Shown piece after piece: positions 25,901 to 40,280 of a stretch of DNA of 64,000 bases (position 1 is its first letter; each line of letters starts with the position of its first letter). The stretch covers positions 7,196,234 to 7,260,233 of the forward strand of contig OZ199839.1 in NCBI GenBank assembly GCA_964304625.1, given 5' to 3'. Source of the DNA: Kudoa neothunni. Lineage: Eukaryota > Animalia > Cnidaria. The notes beneath the pieces were generated by a model. That model saw nothing but the letters and a program-made list of their open reading frames with translations, was not told the origin of the DNA and made no database searches. The position numbers and the translations under genes were made by a program.

Positions 25901-27559
25901 ATGTATATAACAATATTTTCATCATTGTTTAATGAAGAAATCAATTGACTGGTTTATTTCTTTTTCTTGTATATTTTCTTGTGGAGATATAATTGCGTTG
26001 CAACCTCTTTAGTTTCTACATTGTTGGGAAGGCCATGGTCATGTATGTTTTTTTTTAAATCAAGAAGTTAAGCAGAAGATTATTATTATTATTATTTACA
26101 AGTAAAACATTAATCGTCCAGTTTGATATCTACCATTATCGCTTTATTTGTTGAAAGCGTGCATCCTTCAGACCAAACGATAAAAATAAATGTAAAATAA
26201 CATGTGTGCCTAATAATATTAATATTTTCTACAATACTAACATATTATGAGATGTATATCACGATAAATAGAGACGAAACATACAGTTTAACGATATTTA
26301 TTTTGATATCCCGTGAAATGACGTGTGTCAATAAATGAATTATGGTAAATGAATTTAGGAAATATTAGTAATAAGAATTGATTTATTTTTCCTATGCTAC
26401 AACACTTTAGAATAAATTTTTTCAGAAAAATATGTGATCCACTTAAATATTGAAAATGTTTACTAGGATTAACAGTTAATTTTTTCAATAATATTTTTAA
26501 CGCCATATTTTATATAATAATTTCGTAATAATATAAATTGTATACTTTAATCAATTACTTTTACTCTATGGGTCTATAAGTATTATTTAGCACTAATTTT
26601 ATTGGACATTTCAAACATTTACATTAAGCTTCAAACGAATATTATTAAACCAGCAAGCTACATCCGTATCGACTTACCAGTCCTGCTTTTTAATGAATTT
26701 CACGATTTTCTTACATTTTAATCTTTTTAAATATAATTTTTCTATTTGTAACGTGAATTATTAGTTATTTTTAATAAAGTGGTCTTTGGGGCCAATTGGT
26801 ACTATCAATAAAAAGTTAAAAATTACTGGTATTTGTTAATTTTGTTGTCTACATATTCAATGCAACGAACAAAAAATGTTTCTATCTATAATTTCTTTTA
26901 ATGAATACAAAATATTAATTAAAATTATTATCGTTTTTATCGTAAATTTAATAAAATATAATTTTAATTTTCGATGTCTTTCAGATAACGCAATTTCAGG
27001 ATGATCGGAGATAACTTTACTTTGATAAATGCGTGTGCCTCATTTACAATATATTGGTTTCATGGTGTAAATTTCCGTTTCGTTCTATATATAATACATA
27101 ATAAATGCAATAATTTGATGTAAAAATAAATATTTTTGTTAATTTTGGAGTTGAATCGAAAATATAACTTCATTATTCCCCATTAATTGTCATGACGATT
27201 TAATTTTCTTTATTAAATACATTATATAAAGTCAGGAACAAGTCTATAATAAGTGGAAAAAAAATTAAAAGTAGTGCATATTCCAGTACCTTCTTATGTT
27301 TTTAAAGATAAGCACATTATTTATCTTGTTTAAATCTTCTATAACTTAAATCTAATTCTACAATAATTTTCTACTATGTTAAGATGTTTAAAAAATTTAT
27401 TTGGTTGATTATAAATAATATTTCTGATATATACGGATAGTAAAAAATGTAGTTTGTATGTGCGAATTATATTTCCATAAATAGTTTCAAGCACATTGTT
27501 TAATTGTAAAAACCTTTTATTTCATTTAAATGATGATATAAAAAAATAAAATATTCTAT

Positions 27560-27668
27560 CTCAAGGGTAGCCTACACGACATGGGGCGGGTTTTCTTGCA
27601 CCTTCCAAATTAATCCAGAAATTCTTCATGACACAAAATCTGTAATGACCCCAGGTTAAGAAACACTG
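27560..27668. mobile_element. Right end of a hAT MITE
   Basis: aggttaagaaacactg followed by atctagtg; same TIR type as 56220-56235. Left end not found. Confidence 0.5.
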
Positions 27669-30010
27669 ATCTAGTGTAGAAATAGCGTTTATTATCTGGA
27701 ATGCTCTATTGTTCATAAACCCATGAAAGCAATCGTTCCTACGTGGTTTTACCTGCAGTTGAAAGTATCTATGAAATTTAAGCTATTCGCGATGTTTATG
27801 CTGAATATATAATATTGGGAATTCTTTACTTGATGGATATATTGATAAAATAATGAGAAAAAAATAATATTGAATCACTCCTGGGCCTTAAATGGTCAGT
27901 GATTTGTCAATATTAAATTAGGATGTTGAACTTCTAGATAAGAATTCTTTTTTAGTGTTTTAATAATTTTTTTCAGTATATTTGAAACTTTTTGTGGATT
28001 TTGGGGTGATGTTTAAACTCAAATTCATTTTATATACTTTCCCAAAATATCACATTATTTTTCTAACGACCTGGAATTCGATTTATTCATGTAAATCAAT
28101 GTAAAGTGTAATTTTTAATGTTTTCTTGTCAAATAAATTAAATAAGTGCAATAAGTAAAGTCTGTGTCCAAAAAATGTGGAGATTTATCGCGCTTAATCA
28201 TGGTGACATTTTTTTTGTTTACATTACTCATAATGTTGAAGTCCATTTTGTTATGCTTTTTTAAACACTCTACTTTATGATATAAATATTACAGTTGATC
28301 ATAACTATAAAAATCGGTAATAATGAGTTGAGCTGATGAAATATATAACAAGTATCAACCATCTTGTAGCTTTTATGGGCATTGTCAGTTTTAACTTTCA
28401 GATAACTGAAATAATTATTAAGAAATGAATGTGATAAGTTAGTTAAAAAGAAAAAACGGATTTATTTTTAGAATAAGTAATCCCGTTGAAGAATTCTATT
28501 ATAAATTTAGTGGATGCAATCTTTTAAGTTATTGGACGCAACATGTAAATAAGTTACGTACAAAACAAGAAATATAGTAATCGAGATTTTAAGCTTTAAC
28601 CTTTTCGTGATCAATGTTCACTTGAAATTAAAATGGACAAGAGAAAAATTACATTTCCGTGGCGCCAAATTTATAAATTTGTTCCAAATGGTGTTAAAAT
28701 GTTTGAGAAAATTTTATCAGTTCAAAATAAAATTAAATATTAATTTTTATTGGAGAAACGCATTAAAAAATTTAAACTAGATCCATTTTAAATAATGTGA
28801 TTCATTTTTGGGAATAATCGTAATATATTCCATAAAATACTCTGTTAAAATAATTTTTCATGGTTTTAAAATATTTATATATATATATATATTTATATAA
28901 ATGTAAAATTAGGAAATTAACTTGAATAAGTTATACAGGGTTTTTAATGTGTATTACCTAGCAAATCATTATTGGGATTATTTGTAATTTTATATCTATA
29001 TCAGGGAAAAAATTTATACAATAAAACTCGATATGATTTGGATTTATTTAAAGACTTTGGCTTAAAATATTTTTAGATATAGAATAGTTTCGAAAATGAG
29101 AAGTTGGCACCTAATTTGATACGCACGCGCAAAATAAATTTATCGATTTAAATATGTTGATAACATTAAGCCGTTGTTTACAAATCAGATACAAAATAAA
29201 TTGTCAATGAATTTTAAAGGCAGAGTTAAATTCTTAAATTGTTATGATGCATACGAATAGGATTAATTTTAATTATTTATTTTTTCCTGTAATTTGACGA
29301 TAATGGCTGACGAAAATTTTTCACATTTTTTAAATTGTTATAACTAACCATTGTACGTAATATATTATCTCCAGACTGCAAACGAAAAATTTGGTCACGG
29401 AGGGATCGATTTGATTATAATTTTGGAATGTCTCGGAAGCAATAAGTATATTTAATCTAATTAAATAATAAAATACTCAATTATTATTTTATAATAGCGA
29501 TATTTATTTTAATAACACTTTAAGAATTTAATAACCCAAAAATGAATCCATATTATCAATTATTGACAAATTTTTATTATATATAATGCAACATGGAAAT
29601 CATCGAACAGTTATTACAATCACAATCAAAACGCTTCATTCTGTACCTTTTATCTAACAGATTATAAGATAACCGCTATTTTTGTTAAAACCACCAACTT
29701 ATGATTTAAAAAAAAAGGTATGCCAACAATAATTTCAACAGATCAATATCTAGACAAAATGCTTCATGAAGTTAGTAAAAACCCTTAAATTATCATTTCG
29801 CATTGAACATAGAAAACATGACAACAACAAGATGCAAAGAAAGAAAAACAGATTTGTTTAAATATAAATCAGTATAATAGATTGAATAATTGATTGTACG
29901 AATGAGTGTATATGCAAGGAAAAAATTATATATTTTAAGACACTTTATTAATTTACTTAAGAGTGGAAGACAATTAAAAATTATATTTGAAGTTGATTGA
30001 AAACAATGTC

Positions 30011-33000
30011 TTATTTTTCAAATTGTTTTTCCTTTTTCCTTTTATTTGAGGAGAACTTAAATAGACTTGATTTCTTTTTGCATTTCTCATCGCTGGTCAT
30101 ATTTACGTCGGGACCACTTTTCATAGAAATATCGTCATTGCTAGGAATTGTTGAATCAGTTTTCTGGTCGATGGTAGCACAGCGACCATTTAAAGGACGT
30201 TCTTTACCGCTAGCCACTTTATTTGGTAGATTTCCAGAGGATAAGGATGATTTTATAGGCAAGGGACTACCATTGGTTGATCGGATATTAGTACTGAAAG
30301 GATCGCCGAACGAAAATGCTGAATGATGAGACTTGGTTTCATCATTGGAACCAGTCTTGAAGGGATCAAAAGGTGAGTTACTTTTGAAGGGATCATTAGT
30401 AGATACATCCACGGCTGGAAAGACGCTAGTGTTTCTCGTGGTGAAATCATAATTCATATTGTTGGGGGAGTGCTCATTTGAGAATGGTTTGGCTTCAGCA
30501 AAGTTATTAAATGGAAGTTGGCTGGCAAAAGGATCCTGCTGGTTAGTGTCGCTGATAGGAAATGGATTGGATGCAGCATTATTTGTGGAAGTAGAGAATA
30601 TGGCAGCTGAAGGTTCACTTTTGAAAGGGTCTGAGAAATTGGTCGCCTGAGATGGATCACCAAAAGGAGTTTCCACACCTAATCGAATCATTGTTATTTG
30701 TTTCTAAAATAAACTCTTACTTTTGAAAGGGTCTTGTTTGGTGGTATCATTGAAATGGTTCGTTTGACCGAAGGCATTTTCTGCCGATAGATCGTTGCTT
30801 TTCCTCGAGGAGGAGACTACAAAAAATTCATCGTTACGTTCTCCATTTCATAAAAATTTGTCAACAAATATTACTTGGAAATAGATTAGCGGGTTGAAAA
30901 CCTAGGAAGCTATCATTTTGATCCAACACAGCGTTGGGAAATTGGTTGTCAGTTGGTGAATTTTTGGTAGGTTCATCTGGGGGAATCTTTGGTTTTTCAT
31001 CAGTGCTTGTTACAAAAGGGTCAGCTATTTCAGAAGTTCCTAAAATCGATTAAAACAAATTATTTAAACAATTGAATTATACTTTGAGATGATTTAACAG
31101 GATTTGGTTGAAAGTTGGTATTGAACAGGGAGTTATTAAAAGGTTCTTGAGTGGAAAATGCTGGCTGTGAGCTCTCGCTGGGTGGCGGAGGTCGAGGTGT
31201 TTCTATTTTTTCATTGGAGAAATTGACATTACTTACCAAGTTGGCCCCTTTAAAGAGAAATTAGTTAGTTGTTACAAGTAGGTTTGCGATTAAAAGGCTG
31301 GTGGGTGGGTCGGAAAGTTAATATTACTTTCAGATTGTTGAATTTTTGATGTTGCTATGAGGCCTATGTTTAGATAAATATTTCGAAGGTTCAACTGATT
31401 TATCTCACCGTCAAGTTTATTGTGAATGCTAGCAAAATTTGTGGTTATATCTTCCTTTAAATTCTTCACACTCTCGGAAAGATTTAAATTCTACAATAAC
31501 AAATCTTTAGTTTATTATTTCCAATACTAATAGAAAAAAACCTCTTGCTTAATTTCTTCCACCATTTTATTTAGTACACCCATCTCCTTGACAATATTTA
31601 TGATATCATCGTTTAGTTTGAGAAATGATGATTCATGCTGTTCTAGTTGGCTTTTAAATGGAGAAATCTAATCAGCACTACTTATTTTTAAATAATATTG
31701 AACAAATTTAATAATTTTATAGTAAAAAAAGTCAACTCGACATATTTTCACTCAAAAAAAGCAAATTAAACATTATGTACCAGATTCAAAATAGATTCAG
31801 TTGAAGTTTTTTCAGCTTCCTTTATATTTTGAAAATTCATATTTATCTGAAAGTTAATTTTTGAATAGATATCATAAAACACGGACTACATTTTGGGTTA
31901 GACCCTGGATTAATTTGTCGACGTGATCAGAAATGGCCTTTTGCGAGGCTTCCCATTTGGAAGCATCAAAACTCATCAGTTTTGAATGTACAGCCTATGC
32001 CGACTGTCATAATATTATAATATGCTATTTACTTGTTGCTGTGGTTGTGGTTGTAGTGAACTATTTGATGGGGTTGTAGAGAATACATGAGCTAATTTGT
32101 CATTCATTGGTCGATTATAGAGTGGTGTGTTTGGACTAGTGAAATATTTAATAGTTAATCCAATTTTCGTTTACTTGGTAGAGCTAATGCTATTAGCTGA
32201 AGTTTGGTAGATTGTGGTTTGAGGGGGAACCAGTGATCCTTGTTGAGGCGATTGCGTTGATGGTGAATTTATTGTCTAAGTATAATTAAAAAATGAAATA
32301 TTGATAAGTAGTAATACATTGACCGTTTTCATTTTGAAAAAGCTTATCATTTTTACACATTTGACAAATGTTTCAAAAGTGATTTTAGACATGTTCCCCA
32401 TGCCACATTGGTCCCTTGATTCTTGGTAAAAATAATTGTATAGTAGAAGATAAATTAACCATATTTTGGCAAGAATTTCTTTGTTAAGGTTGGTGCGTTG
32501 TAGAAGGTTTTTCATGGTTTCCACTAAGAAAAATTCAAAATGAGGTTGAGTTCTTATATTCGATAGATTTTTGGGGGAAAAAATAAGTTAATTAGCAGTA
32601 TTATTTCTAATTTTTTAAGTAGATAATATTTTGACAATTTTGCACAACCAAGAATGAATGGAATATTTCATACTCGACAATGCACTTTCATTATTTCTAT
32701 CCAAATGATTGAATAGTTGTTGCATTTTAGTTACATCCATGCTAATTTCCTATGGAATCCAAGTCAAATATTGATTGTCAATAAATTTTAGAGGTACTGG
32801 AAAATTCGGGTCCATATTAAAAGGATTAGGAGATTGGACTGGTCTAATTTCGCTGTTGGTATTTGACAATCTTCGTAATGTGCTGGATGTGGATGAAATG
32901 CTATAGGAAGACAACTCTAATAATATTGAAAACTAGATCCGGCAGTCAGATGTACTCATCGATGGGTGGATATCTTTGGAAACAGTTCGGGGAGGCAAAT

Positions 33001-34482
33001 TCGGCCCGAGCCTAATCATCTTAATAAGAGAGGTGGGTAAAAACTTCGGCATATTGTGGGATTGGCTTAATTTCTTCAACACAGACGAACCCTAATTGTA
33101 ATTGGAATGATAAAAAGCTACAAAAAATCTAAATTTAACCACATTTATTACATAATTTTTTATATAAAACATAATAAGATTTTATTAGGCTCATTACACA
33201 ATAATGACTATTGTATTCAGTAATAAATTTTTAGGTATTATCAATTACAATATGTGATTAAACATTTTGTGCTCAACAAGAAAAAACTACGCCTTGCAAC
33301 CTCTCAAGATAACAATATCTATAACATTCATATAATGTAGATAACAAATATTAAATATATTCATAAATTTAAAACTGATGAATTTATACAAAATCATTAT
33401 TTATAAACAAAATTAAAATTAACTAATACAAGTAATAAATTCGATAAAAATTCGTATGTTAGTTTGTGTTATTAATTTGAAAGCATAAAGATAAGAAAAC
33501 GGCTAATTACGGCAACGAATTCGCTTTCGTCAATAAGACCATCCATATCAGCGTCAATATAGGACCAAATCTATTTTTTGAGATGAAACAATTAGAACCA
33601 CTCTACATTCAGCCACTGTGACAGAATCGGTCAAAATACCAGATTGAGAATTTGCTGAGAAACTCCGAACGACATAAATTGTTTACTAATTTTCTCACCA
33701 CTAACTGTTCCATTGATGGGTTGTATTTGATAAAAATCATGGGAAAATTTTGCGATATCTTCCAACTACAACACAACTCATTAAAAATCATTCAACGCAA
33801 TGAGCTATAATAGGCGAACACCCTCGATCTCAATAACATTGTATCTTTTCTCACAAGAAAAGAACGAGACCGTTACAAACACAAATCAATGAACACAAAC
33901 AGTTAAAATTACCGAAGGACTAAAGTCGCTTTCTTCCTTATCCGTTGGTAACTAATTAATCGTAATAATCATAATATAAATATTTGATATATTAGGAAGC
34001 TGTGTTAACTTACATTAAAATAGGGTATGGGTGCTCCAAGAGAAGCTTTTAGTGGATATTTGCTAGGAAGTTGTGATTGCTTGGCTTCAATCCGATCAAA
34101 TATATCGTACACCATCTATATGAAGTTTTTTACATTAGTGTTGGCCGAGTGGATAAGGATGACCATCAATCGAAAAAGCACAAGCATACTTTCTGATTTA
34201 GAAAAGGAATATCCCCCTGTATTTTCGTTTCATCCCAAACCTGCAACATACCAAAATCAAGTTAATCTTCAGTAATTTTCTGAATATCAAATGGTGTTAC
34301 TTGAGTGAGCAATTCATCTGGTAGATCTGATAAAATCAAAAAATATTTTACAATGGTTGCTGAAACTTGAGAATCGTTGTTTGGATTCAGCTAAATCCGA
34401 ACTCACCTATTCAACCAGTTCCAACCTTATCAAATACTCTCTTAAATAACTCATCGTATTGAGCCTTTTTAGTGGTGTCCAT
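30011..34482 (-). CDS. EPS15: Eps15/Eps15R-like endocytic adaptor (3 EH domains, coiled coil, DPF repeats)
   Basis: EH1 MDTTKKAQYDELFKR|LNPNNDSQVSATIVKYFLILSDLPDELLTQ|VWDET. EH2 LEDIAKFSHDFYQIQPINGTVSGEKISKQFMSFGVSQQILNL|IWSYIDADMDGLIDESEFVA. EH3 MQQLFNHLDRNNES...KNLLQRTNLNKEILAKIW. Coiled-coil exons at 31330-31980. About 7 DPF motifs plus NPF in 30250-31030. Confidence 0.88.
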
Positions 34483-37331
34483 TGTGTAAAAACAACAGGT
34501 GATACGTTTGCAGTACTGCAGAAAATGGCAATGTTCCACCGTCGAATTTGAATATGTCACCTCAAACTCCACACCTTTCAGTGTATGCAAGTTTTAAATC
34601 TGTTTATTTAATTATTAAACGAAGTTCATACGAGTCTCGATTTATGGTTTGATAAGCTAATCTCTAATGGTTTCGTATTCACTTAAAACGTTATTCGTGT
34701 ACCAATCCATATCACATTGACAACGCAATCATAATAAAAAGCGACATGAGGGGTCACTATGGTTATACGTTCCGACAGCCAAAATATAGCAACATTTCAT
34801 TGATCTTCATAAAATTATAGGCAGATAGAACTAATACATTTAATTTAAAGGTGAAAGTATTCAACTTTTCCGACAAACTTATTGCCTACCTAATCAATAT
34901 TACATCTCGCATGGATACCACGTTGTAAAAATCACAATAGGTTTTCTGCAATATTGAATACCCTTTTATTTTCCCTTAAAAGTTGGACCCACCTCAATTA
35001 ATTATGAATATATAGTTATATTCATAATTGTGCTTCGTGATGTGTGATGATATTTTTATTTTTATTAAACAATAGGATCCATTGTTTAGAACTCCTCAGG
35101 GTACGACCACAACCACTACAATGTGATGCATCGGTTTCCAACAATAATCATAATTTCCTATCAGTTCTAAAGATATTGGCCCCATTATTTTTTAGAAGTG
35201 AAAATTTTTCAATATAAGAGATAAACCATGAAAATCCTAACCATCCTATTAATTTAAGCTTATTCGTCTTATTATAATCTTATAATATCCTCTAATTATT
35301 TGGATCCCGAATATTAGTTATTATTGTAACATAAACTCAGAGATGAACTATGAGGAGTAATGTGATTTTATATTCCCAATCGGTAGAAATTGTCTACATT
35401 ATTTCACCCTTCAATCAGAATATCCGAATTTTACATATGACTCCATTTTATTATCGAATTTATAAAATTTATATTAAATTGATTTATTGAGAATAACCTA
35501 CAATATATTTACATTTTTATACGAATATTACTTCGTCTAAGCGCTCGCTAACTGAAAAAGGCGGCCTGAGTGTGTACAGTTTATTATAATCATATTAATA
35601 TTATAGTGCTTAATTTCAATAATCTTTTTATCTTAATTATTATGTATTTTAAGTTGAATTGAGTGAAATTTTTTTTCTCTATGATGTGTTTTATCAAATG
35701 ATGTGAAAATATGAGTGGGAACATAACGATAACAGCATAACACTAAAAGTGCTAAACGCGATAAAAATCGTTAATTTCTCTTGAAGATAAACAAGCTTTT
35801 GTTTATCCTTCGTGAACAATTTATTTACCGTGTACAAAACACTCTGTAATAGTTCAAAGGAATTCCTCGTCGGATTAGCGAAAAAATATTAAATATATAT
35901 TTAATCCTTTCTTTTTATATTTAATTTGAATTATATATCTTGGCGTTAAAGTAAATTTTGGTCAAAAATTGGGGTGAATCTAAAAAAAATTTAATTTTTA
36001 TTAAATATCAATTAATCTGAATAAGATAGTTTATTTATACTGTGAGTGACGAATGGTTCTTGTTTTGAGAAAATGCTACAAAATTAACGTATACATAACT
36101 TTATAATAAGTCATTTATTACTCAAACTATTTAAAAACATTTATTTGACCATTAAAAATATAAATAAAATATTTTTAAATTAATTAATGGTTTTTGAATG
36201 ATTATTTTGTAGTGACGTGTGGTTAGTAAATTTTCGGATGCGTTGAGATTTTTGTTTTCAATTGGTGGCGAAATTCGGAACAGAAATAAAAATTGAGTTA
36301 ACACATTAAAAGAAAAATATGAAATAATAAAGTTTTTAAAAAATTAGCGAAGGTATTGGGCAGAAACAACATTGAAACCGATGCCAATATTAACGATTTT
36401 ATAAGTGAATAGCAGGAACTGTCCAGCGTTGCTTGGGGAAGATTTCGCATAGAGACGTTTATTAATAACATTCAAAAAAATATCATGTTTCAAATTGATG
36501 TATAGAGGAAGTCTAACTAAATTTTTGTAAGCATCATACTTTGTTGATTTTGATGTCGAAATGTAAATTATGATCATTTCTGTGCAGGAGTGTATCAATC
36601 CTGGGTTTTAATTAACAACTTCTTGTCCCGGCACCAAAGCTAAATAATTTGTGCGTTATATTTATTTTGGTTTCCGAATTATTTAAACTCTCTTAAAGTG
36701 CAATCTAATACGTCATTTTTGCCCCGACTCAAAAAATTTGTGAAACACTGTTTACTGGAGGCTAATAAATAGAAAAAGATACAGAGATGGAAGAAAATAA
36801 ATTTTGATTACTCAAACTAATATCCTCTGGCCCGGCAAGAGCTTAACGCACTTTTTCCCATGAACAGCCAGAAATCGCGTCAACTTTAACATAAACAATT
36901 TAAATAATTAGGTGAAATAAAAGTAAAACCATCTGCATTGAATTTAATCGCGGAGGGTTAGACTTAGCCGACGATTTTAATGAAATCTACGGACGTAGTA
37001 TTTCCATTATACTGTTTCATTCAATGTAATTTTGACGTTCTCCACCAATTCATTATTCATGAAACATATATAGATTTTTTATCATAGCTAAAACCATTAA
37101 TAGAACCTTCAAAACGTGTTGATCAAGTCAAATACGTTAAAATTCCACTAATAGGGAATGTGTTTACACAAACACCCAAATAAAAACGCCAACCATTTAC
37201 ATAACGATATATGCCATCGCTTAGTTGATATTTGATAGAGCATGTAAGGAGGAAAGTTAACTTAAACTGACCCCTCCTATGACACAAGCAGGTGTTAATC
37301 CTATTGTTGTAACCTGGTAACCCCTTTAACA

Positions 37332-37778
37332 GCCAAGGACAGATAACAAATCGGTGTGACACTCGGACTCAGAACCTTGAGGTAATTGGTTCGAATCCTC
37401 CGGTGGTCAAGACTACTGCTTCCGTGTCGGTGGGTCTCTATCCCATATTTGGGAGCTGTGGTTAAAGTGTACGCTCGCTGTGAAGTGGGGTGAGCGTGAA
37501 TAGGAGTTTGAATCTCCAGAACCCATCGAAAAGCAAGTAATTTGCAACCCTCATAGAGCCGACGCTCTTAAAGGGATAAGATTTGGGGTGGTGTTCGCCC
37601 TGAGACGAGGATGTCTAGTGGGTTAAAGTCCCACATTACCGCGTAGAGATAAGAGATTAGGGGCGAGGTTTTATGTTACGTCCTGCGGTGCCTAAAGCGT
37701 TAACGCAAGAGGTCTGACCAACCAGAATTCCACAACCTAACAAGATTCGCCAGGGGTTTTACCTAGTAAACAAAAAAA
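37332..37778 (+). mobile_element. tRNA-derived SINE
   Basis: tRNA-like head with B box GGTTCGAATCC (37388-37398), a GC-rich body against the AT-rich background, and an A-rich tail at 37767-37779. No TSD seen. Confidence 0.7.
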
Positions 37779-39118
37779 ATGTATACGATTTTTATCATTT
37801 TTCGAATTATCCAGATAAATAAAGATAAAAATAAAGAGGAAATTAAATAAATATTATAAATTGTTCTACAAATATCAGTGTTATACATTAAACTAGAAAT
37901 AATAATAATAACAAGCGTGTCTATCGCTCACGCGAATTCTCTGAATAGACGAGGTTTTATCTGATCAATACTCACACTTATTTCGATATTTTTATTTTAT
38001 TTTAAGAGTTAATGTCGACTTTAATCTTAATAAATAAACTATTATGCGTTTAGGTCTATTCCTAAACTCACTCTGACTAGTGATCCTAATTACTTTTCAA
38101 TAATGGACTTGTTTCACTATTTAGATATCCATATTGTATCATAAAGTAATTCTAATCATTTTTTTGGCTTGATAGTCTATATTATATCAACTTCCAACTT
38201 TGGAGGTTGGTAAATGAGTAGTTTTACGTTTAATATGACCATAAAGGTTGGGTAGGAAATAGATACAAAAATTCAATTAATTAAATAATAAAATTAAATA
38301 AATTTATTAAAACTAAAAAATCAATAAAATGACGAAAATATGAATTTACACCCAATTAATAACTATAATAATAGTGATCAATTTTTAGCAAGATAAATAG
38401 AAATAATCATATTCTAGTCGAAAAAAATTTATAAAAATATTAAAGATATCACCTACATATTTAACTAAATATTTCAAGAGTTCTCTAATTATTATCGGTT
38501 CTATCGACTTATACACAATGCAAAAATTTGTTACAAATAATATACATCAAAATAATTTATTGCACATAATCATCGTATTATTTAGACGATTTCGTAGTCA
38601 TCATAAAATTTTATAGTTTATCGCTTGTATGATAATAAAAAAAGGTAGAAATATTGTCTACATTAAAGAATGTTATTAAAAGTTTTCAAGTAAAAGAATT
38701 ATCACGTGCTAATAAATTTATCAATTTAAATGCTTAATTAGACTCCTACCTAATTTACACTCGCGTACACCATGTAGTGAATGTTTTAAAATTAGAGATA
38801 TTTATGAGTATTTTCCAAATTTGTAATGCAATAATTTAAGTGGATGTGTCGTGTGCATTATGGCTCAAACGCAATTTTTCAAATTTATTTATAAATTACT
38901 TATCTTATCTGGACTAGATTTAAATAGGTACTTAAATACACAAATAAATAATTTACTTATAAATAATTAGTTTTCAACCAAATATTAAGGTTGGAAACTT
39001 ACTATTATCAAGTTAATTCTTCGACGCACACGCAGTGCATTATCTAAATTTTTGCATAAATTAAAGTACGGAACCTCAAGTTTAACGAAACAGAATCATT
39101 TCATTCGTCTAAAAACCC

Positions 39119-39146
<28 letters not shown>
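39119..39146. repeat. (AT)n microsatellite
   Basis: direct read. Confidence 0.9.
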
Positions 39147-39149
<3 letters not shown>

Positions 39150-39179
39150 TATAATTTCGACAAAACTGATTTATTTTAT

Positions 39180-40280
39180 CAAATGAAGAAACTTTAATAA
39201 ATATTCATATATAAGATTGATACATTTTATAAGTTTGTGGTTACGTTTTCGCTAACTTTAAAAATAAACATAGATGGTTGTAGTTTATAAAAAGATTTAC
39301 AATATTTTCCGTACGTTCTGTAACTTTCGGAAAACTCTCCATCTTGATTATGGTGAATTACAAAAAGCTATGATGTTTCCTTCAGTTGTCTCAAAGATTT
39401 GCCATTAGAATATTACGCCAATAAAAACGCCTGGATGACTAATTCAATTTTTTTATCTTTTATTTCAAAATATAATGGATTATTTATTGTTTCTAAGACG
39501 AAAATTATATTATTTCTCGAGAATAATCCAGCCCATAAAAATAAAAGTTGACCTGCATAACCCTTTACTACTTTCCTCCGACACAAACAATGTGCCCCAT
39601 CTAATGAAACGTAGAATTATCTTTTTTAAGTGATATACATTAGACATCTAATGATGTGACTAATACATCGTTTTGAGTCTCAAACTAATGGCTACATTGT
39701 GCCTAATGTCATAGGAACTATCTATACGAAAATTAATTCATAGGAATACATTAAAAGGGGAACTATAGTTAACTTTGTTAATAAATAATGTTCCCTCTTT
39801 GAAAATCCACTAACTGACGATTCTGATGACAATCCATTTGAAAATGAAATAATTGAGCTGTCTGAAGACGAGAAATCAATAGAAGTAACACGAAAATCTA
39901 CCGAAAAATCGTCCACCAAGGAAAATTTTATAACACACGACAATTCTGAAATTGAGAGAACACCAAATATGACTGATTTCTAAAGGATGATGACGATCCT
40001 GATTAAATAGAAAAAGTTATTATATCAAACCAAGAAACACTAATATCATTAGCAAAATTTGAAAAATTCTTTCTAAATAATATTCTGTGAGTGCTTAACA
40101 ATATAACCAAACTTGAAATGGCTGATTCATTATCTGAACAGTTGATTCAGAACGAGGAATTTAAACTGCTGTTTTAATAATAAAACATAGTTCAGAGTGT
40201 TTATCCTTCAAATTATTTATTACTTAACCCTCGAATATCTGGAGGTGGCTAATCAGCTCTTATTATATCCAGAACTTTTA
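39180..40280 (+). mobile_element. Decayed pogo/Tigger transposon
   Basis: Remnants FKNKHRWL (CENP-B-type HTH), DLPLEYYANKNAWMTNSIF, RRKIILFLENNPAH, and an acidic C-terminal region. Confidence 0.75.

Noticed and set aside
37655-37715. ttagg...cctaaagcg...aggtc resembling a pistol ribozyme
   Set aside because: Lacks the P1 stem around the loop and the AAA linker
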